DNA of 64,000 nucleotides, from positions 2,286 through 66,285 of the forward strand of contig JBMTQO010000007.1 of assembly GCA_049446275.1 (NCBI GenBank). The letters run 5' to 3'. Position numbers and translations under genes: made by a program. Source of the DNA: Paracoccaceae bacterium (GTDB taxonomy: Bacteria; Pseudomonadota; Alphaproteobacteria; Rhodobacterales; Rhodobacteraceae). Position 1 is the first letter of the stretch. Each line of letters starts with the position of its first letter. The notes under the pieces are model-generated. The model saw only the letters and a list, made by a program, of their open reading frames with translations, had not been told where the DNA came from and searched no databases. Positions 61,951-64,000 of this stretch are shown piece after piece.

Positions 61951-62829
61951 TTACAGACCGCAAAATTCGTCCCTAGAATAGCCTTGCAAAAACAACAGGG
62001 CGGTCAAATCGCCGTGGTTCACACGCACATCGCATTCCGCCTGAACCGCGGGTTTTGCATGCAGTGCAACACCTGTTCCTGCACGCCCCAACATGCCCAA
62101 ATCATTGGCACCATCCCCAACAGCGATCACATCATTCTCTGACAATCCCAACTTGGCAGTGATCTTTTCCAACTGCTCTACTTTGGCCTCTCTGCCCAAT
62201 ATAGGGCGTGCGACTTTACCGCTTAATTTATCCCCGTCCACCAAGAGTGTATTGGCGTGATGCTCATCAAATCCAAGGGTCTCCGCAACCTTATGTGTAA
62301 AAGCCGTGAACCCCCCCGACACCAATGCGGCATAGGCCCCGTCTGCCTTCATGGTCGCGATCAATGTGCACCCACCAGGCATAAATTTTATGCGTTCTTT
62401 CAGAACCTCATCAATGATATGCGCAGGCTGATCCGCCAACAGCGCAACGCGCTCATCCAGCGCCGCTTCAAAATCTAATTCACCATTCATGGCCCGCGCT
62501 GTGATCTCTTTTACACGATCCCCAACACCAACTTCATCGGCCAATTCATCGATGCATTCCTGTTGGATCATGGTGCTGTCCATATCCGCCAATAACATCT
62601 TTTTGCGCCGCTCAGATGCAGCTTGAACAATCATATCGACGCCAATGTTTTGAAACTCTTGCCATACCTGCCACTGATTGCTCGGAACGGTTTCAATCGG
62701 AAACTCTGCGGCCTCTGCATGCGACAACCAAACCGTATCGCCCCCGCCCCATGCATGGCGCAAGGAATCCAACACTGTCAAATTCACTCGTTCTTGGTTT
62801 GGCGCACCGATAAGCGTGACCTGATACAT
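61951..62829 (-). CDS. serB: Phosphoserine phosphatase
   Basis: HAD motifs DMDST, VSGGF, GDGANDL; divergent from serC. Confidence 0.95.
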   Translation of the reverse strand: MYQVTLIGAPNQERVNLTVLDSLRHAWGGGDTVWLSHAEAAEFPIETVPSNQWQVWQEFQNIGVDMIVQAASERRKKMLLADMDSTMIQQECIDELADEVGVGDRVKEITARAMNGELDFEAALDERVALLADQPAHIIDEVLKERIKFMPGGCTLIATMKADGAYAALVSGGFTAFTHKVAETLGFDEHHANTLLVDGDKLSGKVARPILGREAKVEQLEKITAKLGLSENDVIAVGDGANDLGMLGRAGTGVALHAKPAVQAECDVRVNHGDLTALLFLQGYSRDEFCGL

Positions 62830-62937
62830 GATTTCTGTTTCCTATAAGGGACATATGCGTCGCAAAATTATTCTTGAATGTCGCTATATAGACCTTTTTC
62901 TGCTTGTGAAACCAACTTTCTCTCTCTATTTCGGTAC

Positions 62938-62984
62938 GTGGGACACCCCTCCCCAACGAGGGGCGCATATCTGAAAGGGTAGCA
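62938..62984 (+). ncRNA. serC leader RNA motif (alphaproteobacterial cis-regulatory element)
   Basis: GTGGGACACCCCTCCCCAACGAGGGGCGCATATCTGAAAGGGTAGC directly before the serC start. Stems CCCCTC/GAGGGG and TATCT-GAAA-GGGTA, the second over the RBS, as in the recalled serC motif. Confidence 0.8.
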
Positions 62985-62987
62985 TTG

Positions 62988-64000
62988 ATGGCTATGAATA
63001 TACCGGCTGCGCGGCCGTTGAACGCGCGTTTTTCTTCTGGTCCGTGTACCAAAATCCCCACGTTTTCTTTGGATAAATTGGCAGATGCCCCATTGGGCCG
63101 CTCGCATCGTGCGGCTGTGGGCAAGGCCAAGCTCAAGAAAGCAATCGAAAAAACACGAGAGATTCTGAACATCCCAGCCGACTATCGCATTGGGATTGTT
63201 CCTGCGTCTGATACTGGCGCGGTTGAAATGGCGATGTGGTCCATGTTGGGCGCGCGCCCTGTGACTATGGTCGCCTGGGAAAGCTTTGGCGAAGGCTGGG
63301 TCACAGATGTTGTCAAACAACTGAAACTTGATGCAGATGTACGCACAGCCGAATACGGCGAAATCGTCGATATGACCGCGGTAGATTACAATACGGACGT
63401 TGTGTTTACATGGAACGGCACCACATCTGGCGTGCGCATGCCCGATGGGGATGCGATACCCGCAGATCGTCAGGGGCTAACCATTTGTGATGCCACTTCA
63501 GCAGCCTTCGCAATGGATCTGCCATGGGACAAATTGGATGTCACTACATTCAGCTGGCAAAAGGTGCTGGGTGGTGAAGCGGCGCATGGAATGTTGATCC
63601 TGTCACCACGTGCGGTCGAACGATTAGAGACATATACACCTGCCTGGCCGCTGCCGAAAATCTTCCGCCTTACCAAAGGCGGCAAGCTGATCGAAGGTAT
63701 TTTCGTCGGCGAAACAATTAATACGCCATCCATGTTGGCGGTTGAGGATTATATTTCTGCCCTAGACTGGGCCGCAGATGTTGGTGGTCTAAACGGCTTG
63801 ATTGCGCGTGCAACGGCCAATGCACAGGCGATTTGGAATTTCTGTGAAACACGTGATTGGATCGACAATTTGGCGATTGATCCCGCCACACGTTCAAATA
63901 CATCTGTGTGTTTGAAGTTTACAGATGATCGCATTCAAGACGGCGCAAAATTCGCCAAAGCGGTTGCCAAGCGGTTGGAAACCGCAAACATAGCCTATGA
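62988..64000 (+). CDS. serC: Phosphoserine aminotransferase, 3'-truncated by window edge (absent from the ORF track)
   Basis: ATG 62988 gives [57 protein letters not shown] (PLP Lys), NTPSML. Confidence 0.94.
   Translation, partial: MAMNIPAARPLNARFSSGPCTKIPTFSLDKLADAPLGRSHRAAVGKAKLKKAIEKTREILNIPADYRIGIVPASDTGAVEMAMWSMLGARPVTMVAWESFGEGWVTDVVKQLKLDADVRTAEYGEIVDMTAVDYNTDVVFTWNGTTSGVRMPDGDAIPADRQGLTICDATSAAFAMDLPWDKLDVTTFSWQKVLGGEAAHGMLILSPRAVERLETYTPAWPLPKIFRLTKGGKLIEGIFVGETINTPSMLAVEDYISALDWAADVGGLNGLIARATANAQAIWNFCETRDWIDNLAIDPATRSNTSVCLKFTDDRIQDGAKFAKAVAKRLETANIAY

Noticed and set aside
62880-62892. ModE-box-like half site TCGCTATATA
   Set aside because: Only a half site, far from modBC; more likely part of the serB/serC promoters.
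62693-63934. Several minus-strand ORFs near the window end
   Set aside because: They are shadows of serC on the plus strand, which the ORF track missed because it runs off the window.
1-64000. CRISPR arrays, tRNA/rRNA genes, IS elements, prophage, defence systems
   Set aside because: I saw no spaced direct repeats, cloverleafs, or transposase, integrase or phage motifs. Recognisable genes cover nearly the whole window, and once pseudogenes are counted no gap exceeds about 250 bp.

Overview
Gene-dense chromosomal window from a marine Rhodobacteraceae (Roseobacter-group) alphaproteobacterium, judged from gene content, gene order and protein style. In order it carries: xdhABC with a BMP-type purine/nucleoside ABC transporter; modBC without modA; rimP-nusA-ylxR-infB; mutT-argJ-PPIase and secA; nhaA, marR, nitrilase, grxC, a decayed comF, a BioC-like methyltransferase and hemH; a five-gene acyl-CoA module (SDR, MaoC, histidine phosphatase, ACAD10/11-type kinase, PaaI); rnd-lptCAB-hpf-ptsN; cysQ; a decayed kpsM-like permease; dnaK-dnaJ; a thiolase; HDAC-xseB-ispA-dxs; a polyamine uptake and catabolism cluster with two ABC systems; msrB-msrA; serB; and the 5' part of serC with its leader RNA. 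I saw no tRNA, rRNA, CRISPR array, phage gene or IS element. Best leads: (1) a highly structured ~150-nt leader upstream of hpf/raiA; (2) apparent loss of Kdo and surface-polysaccharide genes from their usual loci while lptCAB is intact; (3) the kinase/phosphatase acyl-CoA operon; (4) pseudogenes the ORF track misses or splits (comF, kpsM, possibly radC). All calls come from reading motifs by eye and from recalled gene order; no database search or folding program was run.
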